NCBI GenBank assembly: GCA_963666735.1
Contig: OY762926.1
Span: forward strand, 384,001 to 448,000
From: Gemmatimonadota bacterium
GTDB lineage: Bacteria > Gemmatimonadota > Gemmatimonadetes > Palauibacterales > Palauibacteraceae
Reading direction: 5' to 3'
DNA length: 64,000 nucleotides
The translations under genes and the position numbers were made by a program. The notes below the pieces were generated by a model. The model was given only the letters and a program-made list of their open reading frames with translations. It did not search any database and was not told where the DNA came from. Shown here one piece after another: positions 39,560 through 49,463 of this stretch (its first letter is position 1; the number at the start of each line of letters is the position of its first letter).

Positions 39560-40765
39560 ATGTTCGACACGCCCGACCAGATTTTGCGTCAGCTGAGAGC
39601 CGGAGAGGACAGCCGCGCCGAGTTCAAAGAACTCCGTTTCGGCGAACGAGGTGTGATCTCCCCGAACACGGAGGATTTGGCCGGGGAGATGGTGTCGTTC
39701 GCCAACGCGGAGGGCGGGACGATCTTCCTTGGCGTGGATGACGACGGGGACATCGTCGGCGTGCCTCGGGAGAAGTCGCAGCTCGTGGAGCAATGGGTGC
39801 TCAACGTCGCAACCCAGAACTGCGATCCGCCCCTCCGGCCGGAAGTCAGGCGGGAGGCCCTTCCGGTGCCGGGGGAGAACGGCCTGTCCATCATCCTAGT
39901 GACCGTTCCGCAGGGACTGTTTGCCCACTGTACTGCCGGCGGCCGCTACTACGTCCGCCTCGGGTCGACCAAACGCCGTCTCACTCCCCCGGAGCTGGCC
40001 CGCCTGTTTCAGGAACGGGGCCGGGGGTATGTCTTCGACGAGCAGCAGGTCTTCTCCGGCGCGGTGGAGAATCTGGACTGGAACCGGTTGGAGGCGTTCT
40101 TCGGCCGCTCGCCGAGGATCCCATGGCTCGACCTCCTCCGGAATACGCGGGTGACCATCTGCGACCAAGGCGGCGTGGATCGGCCTACCGTTGCCGGGTT
40201 GCTCGCATTCTCGTCGGATCCGGCCGGTCTGTTGCCATCCGCGTACGTCGAGGCGGCCTGCTACGGCGGAACCCGCCTCTCATCGGATGATCTGGTGCAT
40301 GCCGAGCGTCTCGCCGGTCCGGTCTCCGACCAGATCGACGCAGGTATCGCCTTCGTCATGCACTTCATGAGCGCCGGACGTACGGCCGAGGGCATGGACG
40401 TGTACGACATCGATGTGGTAGACGAGGCCATCGTCAACGCCGTGGCCCACCGGGACTACTCCGTTTCGGGCTCGAAGATCCGCCTGTTCCTGTACGCCGA
40501 CCGCTTGGAACTGTACAGCCCCGGCAAGCTGCCCAACGGACTGACGATCGAGGAGATGCCTTACCGCACCTTCACGCGCAACCAGCTTCTGGTCAGCTTT
40601 CTATCGAAGATGCGCAGCAAGCGCACCGGCCAGGTCTTCCTTGAGTCCCGAGGGGAAGGCGTGCGGAAGATCTTGGAGGACGGCGAGGCCCACGCAGGCC
40701 GCCGCCCGGAATACGAGCTGTTCGGAAACGAGCTCCGCCTGACCATTTGGGCGCTGAGGCGGTAG
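39560..40765 (+). CDS. Schlafen/AlbA_2 domain + RecG-C/HATPase_c_4 protein
   Basis: EDSRAEFKE, SFANAEGGTIFLGVDDDG, EAIVNAVAHRDY, SPG, RN, ESRGEG. Confidence 0.85.
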   Translation: MFDTPDQILRQLRAGEDSRAEFKELRFGERGVISPNTEDLAGEMVSFANAEGGTIFLGVDDDGDIVGVPREKSQLVEQWVLNVATQNCDPPLRPEVRREALPVPGENGLSIILVTVPQGLFAHCTAGGRYYVRLGSTKRRLTPPELARLFQERGRGYVFDEQQVFSGAVENLDWNRLEAFFGRSPRIPWLDLLRNTRVTICDQGGVDRPTVAGLLAFSSDPAGLLPSAYVEAACYGGTRLSSDDLVHAERLAGPVSDQIDAGIAFVMHFMSAGRTAEGMDVYDIDVVDEAIVNAVAHRDYSVSGSKIRLFLYADRLELYSPGKLPNGLTIEEMPYRTFTRNQLLVSFLSKMRSKRTGQVFLESRGEGVRKILEDGEAHAGRRPEYELFGNELRLTIWALRR

Positions 40766-41417
40766 CCGTGGGCACGGCCGCCGTCAAGGCGAGAACGGTC
40801 ACCGTTTGCGAAGGTCGACGCCGCAGCCGAGGCAGGGTCGGGGAAACGGGGTTTCGCGTGACGCTGAGATGTGGACGGGACGATTCCAGATCACCGGTTA
40901 GTATGATATGACAATCGGAGGCACGATGGCGTTACCGCAAATCAGCAAAGCCATCCGCAACGAGTTTCGAGAGGTTCTTAGCGGCCATTTTGTTCTGCGA
41001 GATATCAGCGACATCGTCACGGCTGCCGGTTTCTCGGATGACGTCACTTGGGAGGCGTGGGGCAATCGTCGCAAACTCGCTGAAGATTATTTCGCAACCC
41101 TGAACCTGGCGAGGCAACGCGATATCGCCATGCTATTGGCGGCCGTCAATAAAACAGCCGTTCGGTTAACGGCAGACGGTATCCCTGAGGGCATTAGCGA
41201 TCTCATCCGACTGATGAGGGAGAATGGCTACAGCTACGAGGATGGTACCTTCACGGCAGTGCAGCAGCAGAAGGCGGTAACGGAGGAGCTAATGATGTGG
41301 TCATTGTCTACCTACAATTTCATTTGCTACGGTAGTCCCGATGCTCTCGTGTTTCGAGATGGAGTTGCCCCGCTTTGACGGACACCTATCCATTGGGGTC
41401 AAGCAAGGAGGTGTTCC

Positions 41418-41732
41418 ATGGCGGGCCGGAAGGGGCGGTATCCATCCGAGTACAGGGAGCGGCTGGTGGAACTGGTGAGGGGCGGGCGTAGTGCCGCGTC
41501 ACTCGCCCGGAAGTTCGAGCCGTCGGAGCAGACGATCCGGAACTGGGTCCGGCAGGCGGATGTGGACGAGGGGTTCCGTAGCGACGGGCTGACAACGGAG
41601 GCGCGCAGCGAGCTGCGGCGCCTGGAGCGGGAGAACAAGCGGCTCAGGATGGAGCGCGACATCCTAAAAAAAGCCGCGGCCTGGTTCGCGAGGGAGAGCG
41701 GATCGATCCCCGGCGGGGGTATGCGTTCATGA
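41418..41732 (+). CDS. IS3 transposase OrfA (HTH)
   Basis: YPSEYR..LV.LV, TIRNWV, ELRRLERENKRL..E.DILKKAAAWFA. Confidence 0.9.
   Translation: MAGRKGRYPSEYRERLVELVRGGRSAASLARKFEPSEQTIRNWVRQADVDEGFRSDGLTTEARSELRRLERENKRLRMERDILKKAAAWFARESGSIPGGGMRS
41666..41673 (+). other. -1 programmed frameshift slippery site (A7G) producing OrfAB
   Basis: AAAAAAAG at the KK codons of OrfA; the -1 frame is open into OrfB. Confidence 0.8.
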
Positions 41733-42577
41733 GGGCGCACCGGGCCGAGTTCCCGCTTCGGGCCATGTGCCGGGTGCTGGGTCTCTCCCCCAGCGGCTAC
41801 TACGACTGGTTGAGGCGTCCTCCCTCGGACCGCGCGCGTCGGGACGCGGAACTGGAGGCGCGGATCGCGAAGATATGGACCGGCAGCGGCGAGACGTACG
41901 GCCGTCCGCGGATCCACGCGGCGCTCAGGGCCGAGGGCGAGCGGGTGGGGCAGAAGCGCGTGGGGCGGCTGATGAGGGGGCTGGAGATCGAGGGCGCGAC
42001 CAGGCGGCGCTTCAAGACGGCGACGACGAAGAGGGATGCCGAGGCCCGCCCCGCGCCGGACCTGGTGGACCGTGACTTCTCGGCCTCGGGGCCCGACGAG
42101 CTGTGGGTGGCCGACATCACCTACGTCCCCACGTGGGCTGGCTGGCTGTATCTGGCCGTCGTGCTCGACGTCTGGAGCCGCCGCGTCGTCGGCTGGGCCA
42201 TGGCGACGCACATGCGGACCGAGCTCGTCGAGACCGCGCTGGCGATGGCTCTCGCAAGGCGTCGTCCCGAGGGTCGTGTCGTGCATCATTCCGACAGGGG
42301 CTCGCAGTACACCTCGCTCGCCTTCGGGGAGCGCTGCCGCGAGTCGGGCATCGCCCAGTCCATGGGCTCGGCGGGCGATGCGTACGACAACGCCATGTGC
42401 GAGAGCTTCTTCGCCACCCTCGAGTGCGAGCTGATCTGGAAGCGCTCGTTCCGCACGGCGGACGAGGCGCGACGGGAGGTCTTCGGCTTCATCGAGGGCT
42501 TCTACAACACCCGGCGGCTGCACTCGGCACTCGGCTACGAGTCGCCGGCCGACTACGAGAGCAACCATGCGGCCTGA
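41729..42577 (+). CDS. IS3 transposase OrfB (DDE integrase core)
   Basis: WVADITY, HSDRGSQY, DNA..ESFF..LE.E, YN..R.HS.LGY. Confidence 0.92.
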   Translation: MRAHRAEFPLRAMCRVLGLSPSGYYDWLRRPPSDRARRDAELEARIAKIWTGSGETYGRPRIHAALRAEGERVGQKRVGRLMRGLEIEGATRRRFKTATTKRDAEARPAPDLVDRDFSASGPDELWVADITYVPTWAGWLYLAVVLDVWSRRVVGWAMATHMRTELVETALAMALARRRPEGRVVHHSDRGSQYTSLAFGERCRESGIAQSMGSAGDAYDNAMCESFFATLECELIWKRSFRTADEARREVFGFIEGFYNTRRLHSALGYESPADYESNHAA

Positions 42578-43616
42578 GGCGCACCCGCGGCGCACACCGA
42601 CATCCTCTCCCGAGCGCCTGAGGGAGGCTGAAAGGAGAAGAACCGGAGGCGATCAACCACAGAAACTAACCGTCCGTGAAAGCGGGACAGCTCCAAGATC
42701 ATACGGGTTCCAGTACATTCTCGAGGGGTCGGTTGTTCGAGTACACGAGTGAGGTGCTGAAGCTCCGGTATGAGACGGACGTGTCTTCGCTCGCCAAGCT
42801 GCCTGCTCTTATTGTCGCGGAGGCTATGCCTGACGGGAAACCCGAGACACCCGCTTTCCTTGCACAGATTGGCGATGTCCACATTGGCGGTGACGATGTC
42901 CGGTTCCGGTTTCGACGGATCGAGACGGAGCAGTTCAGTTCTGAGGAGATATTTGAATCACGACGGTTCGACACAGGACGCTGGGAGCACTCACGGACGC
43001 ACTGGGCGGTCAAGGAAGGCGATGTGCTTGAGGGGCTCTTCCTTTTTTTCGCTGATCGCGCGAGCGCGCAAGAAGCGCTGTTCCCGAGTATTGCAAAACC
43101 ACGATTTGTTCGCCTCGACGATTGGCCTGCACCGGTCTTGGGACACGTCGCCGTCATGATGCCGTTCGATCGTGAGTATGACGTCGTCTATGACCGGATT
43201 CGGAAGGCTTGCGACATCCACAAACTTGACGCCGTACGAGTTGACGACATCTATGGGCCCAGTAGCATCATCGACGATGTTTTCAAACTCATTGTGCAAA
43301 GCAGATTTGTGATCAGTGATCTGACTAACAAGAACCCAAATGTCTTATACGAAACTGGTATCGCCCACGCACGCAACAGCGAAGTCATAATGATCGTGCA
43401 GAGTGATGCGGATATACCGTTTGATCTCCGGCATATTAGGTATATCAAATATCTCCCCAATGATGAAGGATATAGTCAACTCGAAACGGATCTGGTGAAA
43501 GCGATCGCTGCGATTGTTGAATGATTGCAGTGGAGGCATCGCAGAACCGGAGGTGGCGCGGGGATACTGTGGCGGTCGAGGAGGACCGGAAGACGAGGCG
43601 GTCGTTGTGGGTGGAG

Positions 43617-45134
43617 TTACGATATGGATGGCGAGGGTTGAGTCGTGCCGCCAGGCATGCGCAGCCGCTTGCCCTCGCTTTCGGCCTCGTCGGGATCCAG
43701 GAAGGCATGGCACGCTTCCAGCTCCCGTTCCGTCTCTCGAAGCGAGGTCCAGGCGACGGCAAGGGTCCACCGCTGGGCGTAGCTGAGCATGTCGATCAAA
43801 GGCTGGGGCCGGCGGTCGGTTCGGGACAGCGCAGGGAGTGCGGCGAGGTAGTTGTTTCGGTACGCGGTCGGGATGATGATTCGCTCCTCACCGGCTGCCA
43901 CGAGCTCCGCATTCATCATCACGCGCGCGACGCGTCCGTTTCCGTCCGCGAAGGGATGCACCTCGGCCACGAGGAACATCATGTAGACCGCCCGGGCAAG
44001 AGGCGACTCGAGGCTGCGATACAGAGAGAAGCCTCGCTCCAGCGTCCCTGATACCAGATCGGGGAGGACGAAGTGGGTGCCGCCGGCCTTGTTCGCAGCG
44101 TCCTTGAACTCGCCGGGGCGCATTTCGGGACGCCCTGCCATGATACGCCGGTGGCGGCTTCGCAGGAGACTCGTAAGCTCCGCTGGATCCCTCGGTGTGC
44201 GCGTCATCTCCTGTGGATCGGAGACCAAACGCCACGTTCCGATCACATCGCGAGCATCTGCGGGTCTGCGCTGTGGAATCTCGCCGTCGAAAACGATTCG
44301 CACGGCCTCGTCGACCAGGAACTCGGTGCCCTCGACGAAGTTCGAGAAGTATGCCTCGAAGAACGCCAGCGTGGCGCGGCCCTGCCCATCCCGGTGCGGT
44401 GCGGATCGTACGGTCGGAGGATGGTCGCGGAGCGCCCGATGCAGCTTGTGAAACAATTCCATGCGGTCGGGATCGTAGGCGTTCGCCCGGCTGCGGGCCC
44501 GCGCAAGCGGTGAATCGAGTTCACTGCGGCGGGTGCCGAGGAGAGTGCCGATGAGAGCGTCGAGGCGGGCCGCCTCCGTCTCCAGACCGAGTTCGGCGGC
44601 CACGGCGCGGGCCTCGTCCCGCAGCTGCTTGACGGCCGGTTCGCCGGAGTGACGGATAAGGCGATCGAGTGCTTCCTCAATCTGAGCCTGGGGGAGCGTG
44701 CGTGGCACCCGGCCGCCCCGGGTCCGAGACGGGCGCAGGTTCTGCAGGTAGGCCCGGGTCCTCGAGCTGAGGTATAGTCCTTCGGCGAAGGGCATATCGG
44801 ATGTGATCGGTCCGGAACCGCGTCTCGGACGGAGTACGATGCCCGGCAACTCGATGGTCCTGCCGCGCTCGCTGACGAGGCATACGGAGCCATCGGACGC
44901 GGGGGCCGCCTCGAAGGCCGTGCGGTCGGCGACCAGGGCACCTGGAAAATACCCGGCGACGATCATCCACAGGTTGCGTTTCACGATCTCCCTGGGCGCA
45001 TCCTCCAGGTTCTTCGTGTAGAGGCGGGACGCGAGCTTGCGCAGCGTCCCGGCCTTCACGGCCCGCGACACTTCACCGCTGATCGCCGTATGCGACACGA
45101 AGGCTTCGGGCAGTTCGTCCAGCGTGCGGTTCAT
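43617..45134 (-). CDS. Fic family protein with N-terminal HTH/AbiEi-like region
   Basis: Canonical HPFADGNGRVAR motif; SNFVEG; PGEFK. Confidence 0.9.
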   Translation of the reverse strand: MNRTLDELPEAFVSHTAISGEVSRAVKAGTLRKLASRLYTKNLEDAPREIVKRNLWMIVAGYFPGALVADRTAFEAAPASDGSVCLVSERGRTIELPGIVLRPRRGSGPITSDMPFAEGLYLSSRTRAYLQNLRPSRTRGGRVPRTLPQAQIEEALDRLIRHSGEPAVKQLRDEARAVAAELGLETEAARLDALIGTLLGTRRSELDSPLARARSRANAYDPDRMELFHKLHRALRDHPPTVRSAPHRDGQGRATLAFFEAYFSNFVEGTEFLVDEAVRIVFDGEIPQRRPADARDVIGTWRLVSDPQEMTRTPRDPAELTSLLRSRHRRIMAGRPEMRPGEFKDAANKAGGTHFVLPDLVSGTLERGFSLYRSLESPLARAVYMMFLVAEVHPFADGNGRVARVMMNAELVAAGEERIIIPTAYRNNYLAALPALSRTDRRPQPLIDMLSYAQRWTLAVAWTSLRETERELEACHAFLDPDEAESEGKRLRMPGGTTQPSPSIS

Positions 45135-45178
45135 CGAATTTTTCCGAGGATAACGATAAGAGAATCGCGCAAAACGCA

Positions 45179-45217
45179 AATTATCTTAACATAAGGAGCC
45201 CGAAATGCGAAAAAAGT
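45179..45217. repeat. 39-bp direct repeat, copy 1 (dif-like or sigma70 promoter-like; upstream of fic)
   Basis: AATTATCTTAACATAAGGAGCCCGAAATGCGAAAAAAGT; 35/39 identical to 47444-47482; minus strand reads TTCGCA-17-TAAGAT; flanked by inverted repeat AACGATAAG (45152) / CTTATCGTT (45221). Confidence 0.8.
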
Positions 45218-45361
45218 GCACTTATCGTTTTCCGGGAAGCTGATCCTGCGTCGCCCCTCGACCGAACACCGCACCCGAGCGAGCCCGGCCGGCGACGGTT
45301 TCACACGCCGGGAAGCGTTTCGTAGGCTGCGGGCAATCGACAACTCAACCGTCTGGCTTCC

Positions 45362-47383
45362 ATGGCCCTGAATCCCGTCGCCTACATCGAGAAGGTTGCG
45401 AAGAGTTTCCTCCGCTACCAGCTCACGGCCTACCCCTTCTCCGACCCTCACCTCCTGGAGCAGATGCGGGAACTGCTGTCGCTGGACCACACCCGTGCCT
45501 CCCCGCTTCTCAGGGAGACCTCTGTCGGCGCGTCATCGTCGCTTGCGGGTGAGACGCTTCAAGCCATGGCGGTGTGCGATGTCGACCTAAGCCACACATC
45601 CCATATCTCCGACGACGAGGAACTGCACTTCCAGCTGGGTGTTGCGGTGTACGGCCTCGAACTCGGACAGCACAGTGGCGGGCGGGCGTACGGCTGGGGG
45701 GAGAGGTCGCTCCTCATGCGGCGAGGCGTACGCATGCGCCTCGTCAACGTCGGTGCTTCGGAGCCGATCAGGGCAAGAGACAGCTTCGGCTATCCCGTCT
45801 GTACGATCTGCGGCCAGAGCGTGTCGCCGCTGTCATCTCAACGGCAACGTCAGAGCTTCCGCGAATCGCACCGTGATCGTTGCGGACGTGAGCCGAGGCG
45901 GGTCGGGTTCTACGCCGATATCGCGGCCGACGCGTTGTCGCTGCGCGAGTGCGTCAATGCTACCCAGGCCTACAGCGTTCTCGAGGCGTTGCGGATCGGC
46001 GCGACCCGTATCCTCGACATGCACATGGAGGATCTGCAGATCCTCGTCATTGGCGAGATCGGACGCGACGAGGTGTTGGGTCTCCTATGGGATCCGATGC
46101 CCGGAGGGTCCGGGCTGCTCGACCGCCTGTGCGAGCGCTTCGCGGAGATCGTAGCTGTCGCCCGCGAGGTCGTAGAGGGGTGCCCGAGCGTCTGCGGGTC
46201 GTCGTGTATCGATTGTCTGCAGACCTTCCGCAACGCGTACTACCACTCCAGCCTGGATCGGAGGGCCGCTCTGGACGCGCTCGGGGAGTGGGGAGAGCAA
46301 CTCGCGTTCCGGCACGATGTCCCGCCGCGGCAACCTGCATCCACGCCCGCCGATGATGCGGTGCCCGTCAATCTGGCCGAGAGGAAGCTGCGCCATCTCC
46401 TCCTCCGGGCGGGATTCGGGGAGGGCACGCGCGGAGAACAGATCCGGCTCGACAGCGCCCTTGGCACGACTACGCCCGACGTCATCTACCGCGACGATGA
46501 TGACGATTTCTGCAAGGGCGTATGCATCTACCTCGACGGAATGAGCGCGCATCTGCACGGCAGCCCCGAGACCGCCGCGAGGGATCGGGAAATTCGCCAC
46601 TGGCTACGGGGCAGCGGCTACGAAGTCCTGGAGATTCCAGCCAACGAACTCGACGACGAGGGCGCCATGACGGGCCATTTCCGTCGCCTCGCGAACTATC
46701 TGGGCCAACCCAATCGCGGGCGAGATCTTTCCGACGACCGGAGTTGGTTCGCGGATCCCGATCCAGCGGGGAAAACAGACGATCCAGCGGACAGCCCGCG
46801 CTTGCGCCTGGTTACCCCCACTCCCGAGAGTCGCTACCAAACATGCGTCCCGCTGGTGCCGCTGCGGGCGGCGGCGGGAGCCTTCGGCGATCCGAACGAG
46901 ACACTTGACGAGTGGGACCGGGACTGGGTAGCCGCCGACACGGTTCGTCGGCTCCGGGACGGAATGTTCGTGGCTCGCGTGACCGGCCGCTCGATGGAGC
47001 CGCGTATTCCCGATGGTTCGTATTGCCTCTTCGCAAGTCCTGTAACCGGCTCGCGCCAAGGGCGCACGGTGCTGGTGATCATGCGGGACGATGTGGACCC
47101 GGAGACGGGCGCCCGGTTCACCATGAAGCGATACCGAAGCAAGAAGATGGAAGATGAGCATGGCTGGCGACACGCCAAGATCAGCCTGGAGCCAACCAAC
47201 CCGGATTTCGACCCCATCATCCTCAGAGTGGATGACGAGGCGGCGGTGGGTGTCGTGGCGGAACTCGTTGAAGTCCTCGGTCGCGACCCCCCCGAGCCGC
47301 GATTGGGTACGGCCCCGGAGCTGATCCGACGGATGGGGGATGACTTCGACGAGCCGCTCCCGGATTTCTCGGAGCATCAGTGA
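45362..47383 (+). pseudogene. Internally deleted DEAD/DEAH-DUF1998 helicase retaining the Zn domain, a nuclease-like domain and an S24 domain
   Basis: About 50-aa helicase-type N-terminus joined to the DUF1998 region (DPMPGGSG, CPSVCGSSCIDCL..N); TPD...YLDG...H nuclease-like part; S24 (AAAG, VTGRSMEP, MKRY); no Walker motifs. Confidence 0.65.
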
Positions 47384-47443
47384 GCGAACATCAAGAACCG
47401 AGATTATTCGAACGGTAAGGGTTCCGCAGGACTCGAAAATGAG

Positions 47444-47482
47444 AATTATCTCAACATAAGAAGCCCTAAACGCGAAAAAAGT
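47444..47482. repeat. 39-bp direct repeat, copy 2
   Basis: AATTATCTCAACATAAGAAGCCCTAAACGCGAAAAAAGT; four mismatches to copy 1. Confidence 0.8.
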
Positions 47483-47531
47483 AGCTTTAGCCTGTGGCGT
47501 GACGTCAACTCCGGATTGGAATCAGGGGCTT

Positions 47532-48140
47532 CTACCCGCCGTCCATGACTTGGGCCCACTGGCCGGGGATGCTGTTCCACTTCTCGGGCGCCGTAGCCTT
47601 GACGATCGGGGAGGGGTGAGGGGATTCCACCAGACGCAGATCCCCTGCTTGGTCCGCCACCTTCGCCTTCGCCTTGGCGGCATTCCGGCCGACGAACACG
47701 ACTGAGTCGAGCCGCGGCAAGAGTCGGATAAGCTGTGCGACGCGCTCGATCCCCGCGTTGAGTTCCATATTGGTAACCTTCAGGGTGCCGTTCCACCACG
47801 GGATCACATTCCAGAGTACGGCCTCGTAACGCGGCACCCCCGCGTCGCGCATGAACCGGAAGGTCGCCTCCGCCGTGGGGTCGTTGTTGTCCCGGCTAAT
47901 GAAGCCGGATCCGCCTTCGTCGGGGCTCGTCTTGGGTCCGGGCTTCTCGAACAGGAAGAGAACCCGTGCGGCAGTGCCTCCGTCCAACGGGTCGAAGCAG
48001 GGGACAAACGTCGCCGGCTTCTCGGCCCGCAACTCCCTTGTGAAGTCGGTCAGCGGCCGAACGTGCGGCAGGTCGAGAAGGCCTTGCCGGCGCTTACACT
48101 CCTCGGGGTTGCCGAGCGTCCGCGGCGTCGTCGGGTGCAA
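47532..48140 (-). CDS. Uracil-DNA glycosylase superfamily protein
   Basis: LFEKPG, SGFISRDNNDPTA, WNVIPW, VG..A, SPHPSP motifs; TTG start uncertain. Confidence 0.8.
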   Translation of the reverse strand: MHPTTPRTLGNPEECKRRQGLLDLPHVRPLTDFTRELRAEKPATFVPCFDPLDGGTAARVLFLFEKPGPKTSPDEGGSGFISRDNNDPTAEATFRFMRDAGVPRYEAVLWNVIPWWNGTLKVTNMELNAGIERVAQLIRLLPRLDSVVFVGRNAAKAKAKVADQAGDLRLVESPHPSPIVKATAPEKWNSIPGQWAQVMDGG

Positions 48141-48158
48141 GCTCGCCTGTCCGATCGT

Positions 48159-49463
48159 TCAGGCGGGAATGCCGTGCTTCACCGCGTGGGTCATCGCGTC
48201 CACGAAGCGGTCCAGTTCCTCGATCGTCGTGTAGGTGGATGGGGAGATGCGAAGCCCCGTGAACTCGGCGTGGTTGATGCCGACCGTGAAGATCCGGTGC
48301 TTGTTCCACAGCCAGTTGCGGAGCGCGCTCGTGTCGATGCCCTCGACCTGGACGTTCGCGATCCCGCACGCGAAGCCCGGCTTGAGGCTCGTGTTGAGCC
48401 GCACGCGGTCGTACTCCAGGAGCTGGTCCGCCCAGTAGTTCCGGAGGTGGACGAGGCGGGCTTCCTTGCGCTCGCCGCCGACCAGCTGGTGGAAGGTGAG
48501 CGCCTCGCCGATGGCGAGGAAGTTGGCCTCGGGGTGCGTGCCGATCGCCTCGAACTTCCGGATGTCGTCGTCGCTGCTCTCGGCGGCGGCCTGCAGCGGC
48601 CAGACCTCCGGGATCTTCTCCCGCCTCACGTAGAGGAGGCCCGTACCGACTGGGGCGTGAAGCCACTTGTGCAGGCTCACCGCGTAGTTGTCACAGTTGA
48701 GATCGGAGAAGGTAAAGTCATGGTGCGCCATGGAATGTGCGCCATCGACGATGACCGGGATGTCGTAGCCGCGCGCCATCTCCACGACTTCGCGCACGGG
48801 GAGGATCTGCCCTGTGATGTTGATCATGTGGCACATGAGGATGAGCCGCGTGCGGTCGGTGATCTGCTCCTCGAACAGGCGCACGATCTCGGCCGGATCC
48901 TCGGCGGGAATCGGGATCTTGAACTGCTTGAGGACGATCCCCTCGCGCCGCTCGCGCTGCTTGAAGGTCGTGATCATGCGCCCGTAATCCTGCGTCGTCG
49001 TCACCACTTCGTCGCCGCGCTCGAGGTCGTATCCGTTCTGGAGGATCTGGAGACCCTCCGACGCGTTGCGCGTGATCGCGACCTCCTCCGGGTCCACGTC
49101 CCACTGGCGGGCGAGCCGGGCGCGGACGCCCTCCCGCTGCGGCTCCAGGATCTGCCACCCGTTGTAGACCGGGATCTGGTTCGCGAAGTCGAGATCCCGC
49201 TTCATTGCCTCGAGCACGTGGGCGGGCGTCGGGCTCACGCCCCCGTTGTTGAGGTTGACGAGGGAACGGTCGGTGGTGAACGCCTTCTGTATCTCGAGCC
49301 AGAATTCCTCGTCGCGCGCGATCTCCCCGGGGGAGCCGGGGGTGCGGGACAAGTCACGGGCCGCCGCCATGGCGGTGTTCCACTTCGTGGGCACGGCGGT
49401 CATGACTCCGGCTGCTGCGGCGGAGCCCCCGAGGCGGGCGAGGAATCGTCGTCGGGTGGGCAT
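48159..49463 (-). CDS. Tat-exported class V PLP-dependent enzyme (isopenicillin-N epimerase-like)
   Basis: TRRRFL Tat signal; LNNGG, RNASEG, VDGAH, SLHKWL (PLP Lys), RISP. Confidence 0.85.
   Translation of the reverse strand: MPTRRRFLARLGGSAAAAGVMTAVPTKWNTAMAAARDLSRTPGSPGEIARDEEFWLEIQKAFTTDRSLVNLNNGGVSPTPAHVLEAMKRDLDFANQIPVYNGWQILEPQREGVRARLARQWDVDPEEVAITRNASEGLQILQNGYDLERGDEVVTTTQDYGRMITTFKQRERREGIVLKQFKIPIPAEDPAEIVRLFEEQITDRTRLILMCHMINITGQILPVREVVEMARGYDIPVIVDGAHSMAHHDFTFSDLNCDNYAVSLHKWLHAPVGTGLLYVRREKIPEVWPLQAAAESSDDDIRKFEAIGTHPEANFLAIGEALTFHQLVGGERKEARLVHLRNYWADQLLEYDRVRLNTSLKPGFACGIANVQVEGIDTSALRNWLWNKHRIFTVGINHAEFTGLRISPSTYTTIEELDRFVDAMTHAVKHGIPA

Larger units (their letters stand above)
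41360..42695 (+). mobile_element. Complete IS3-family insertion sequence
   Basis: TG...CA ends; IRL TGGAGTTGCCCCGCTTTGACGGACA versus IRR revcomp TGGAGCTGTCCCGCTTTCACGGACG (21/25); 3-bp AGA target duplication. Confidence 0.93.
40926..43524 (+). pseudogene. IS3-interrupted gene: Abi-type N-terminal domain + middle domain + nucleoside 2-deoxyribosyltransferase-like domain (419 aa when rejoined)
   Basis: Removing 41360-42695 plus one AGA copy gives in-frame ...LVFRD|HTGSSTF...; C-terminal V.MPF, RVDD, ISDLT.KNPNVLYE.G.AHA, IPFDL. Confidence 0.8.

Noticed and set aside
38691..47482. Calling the island a prophage/ICE or a functional DISARM system
   Set aside because: No integrase, phage or conjugation genes; helicase and methylase catalytic motifs are absent
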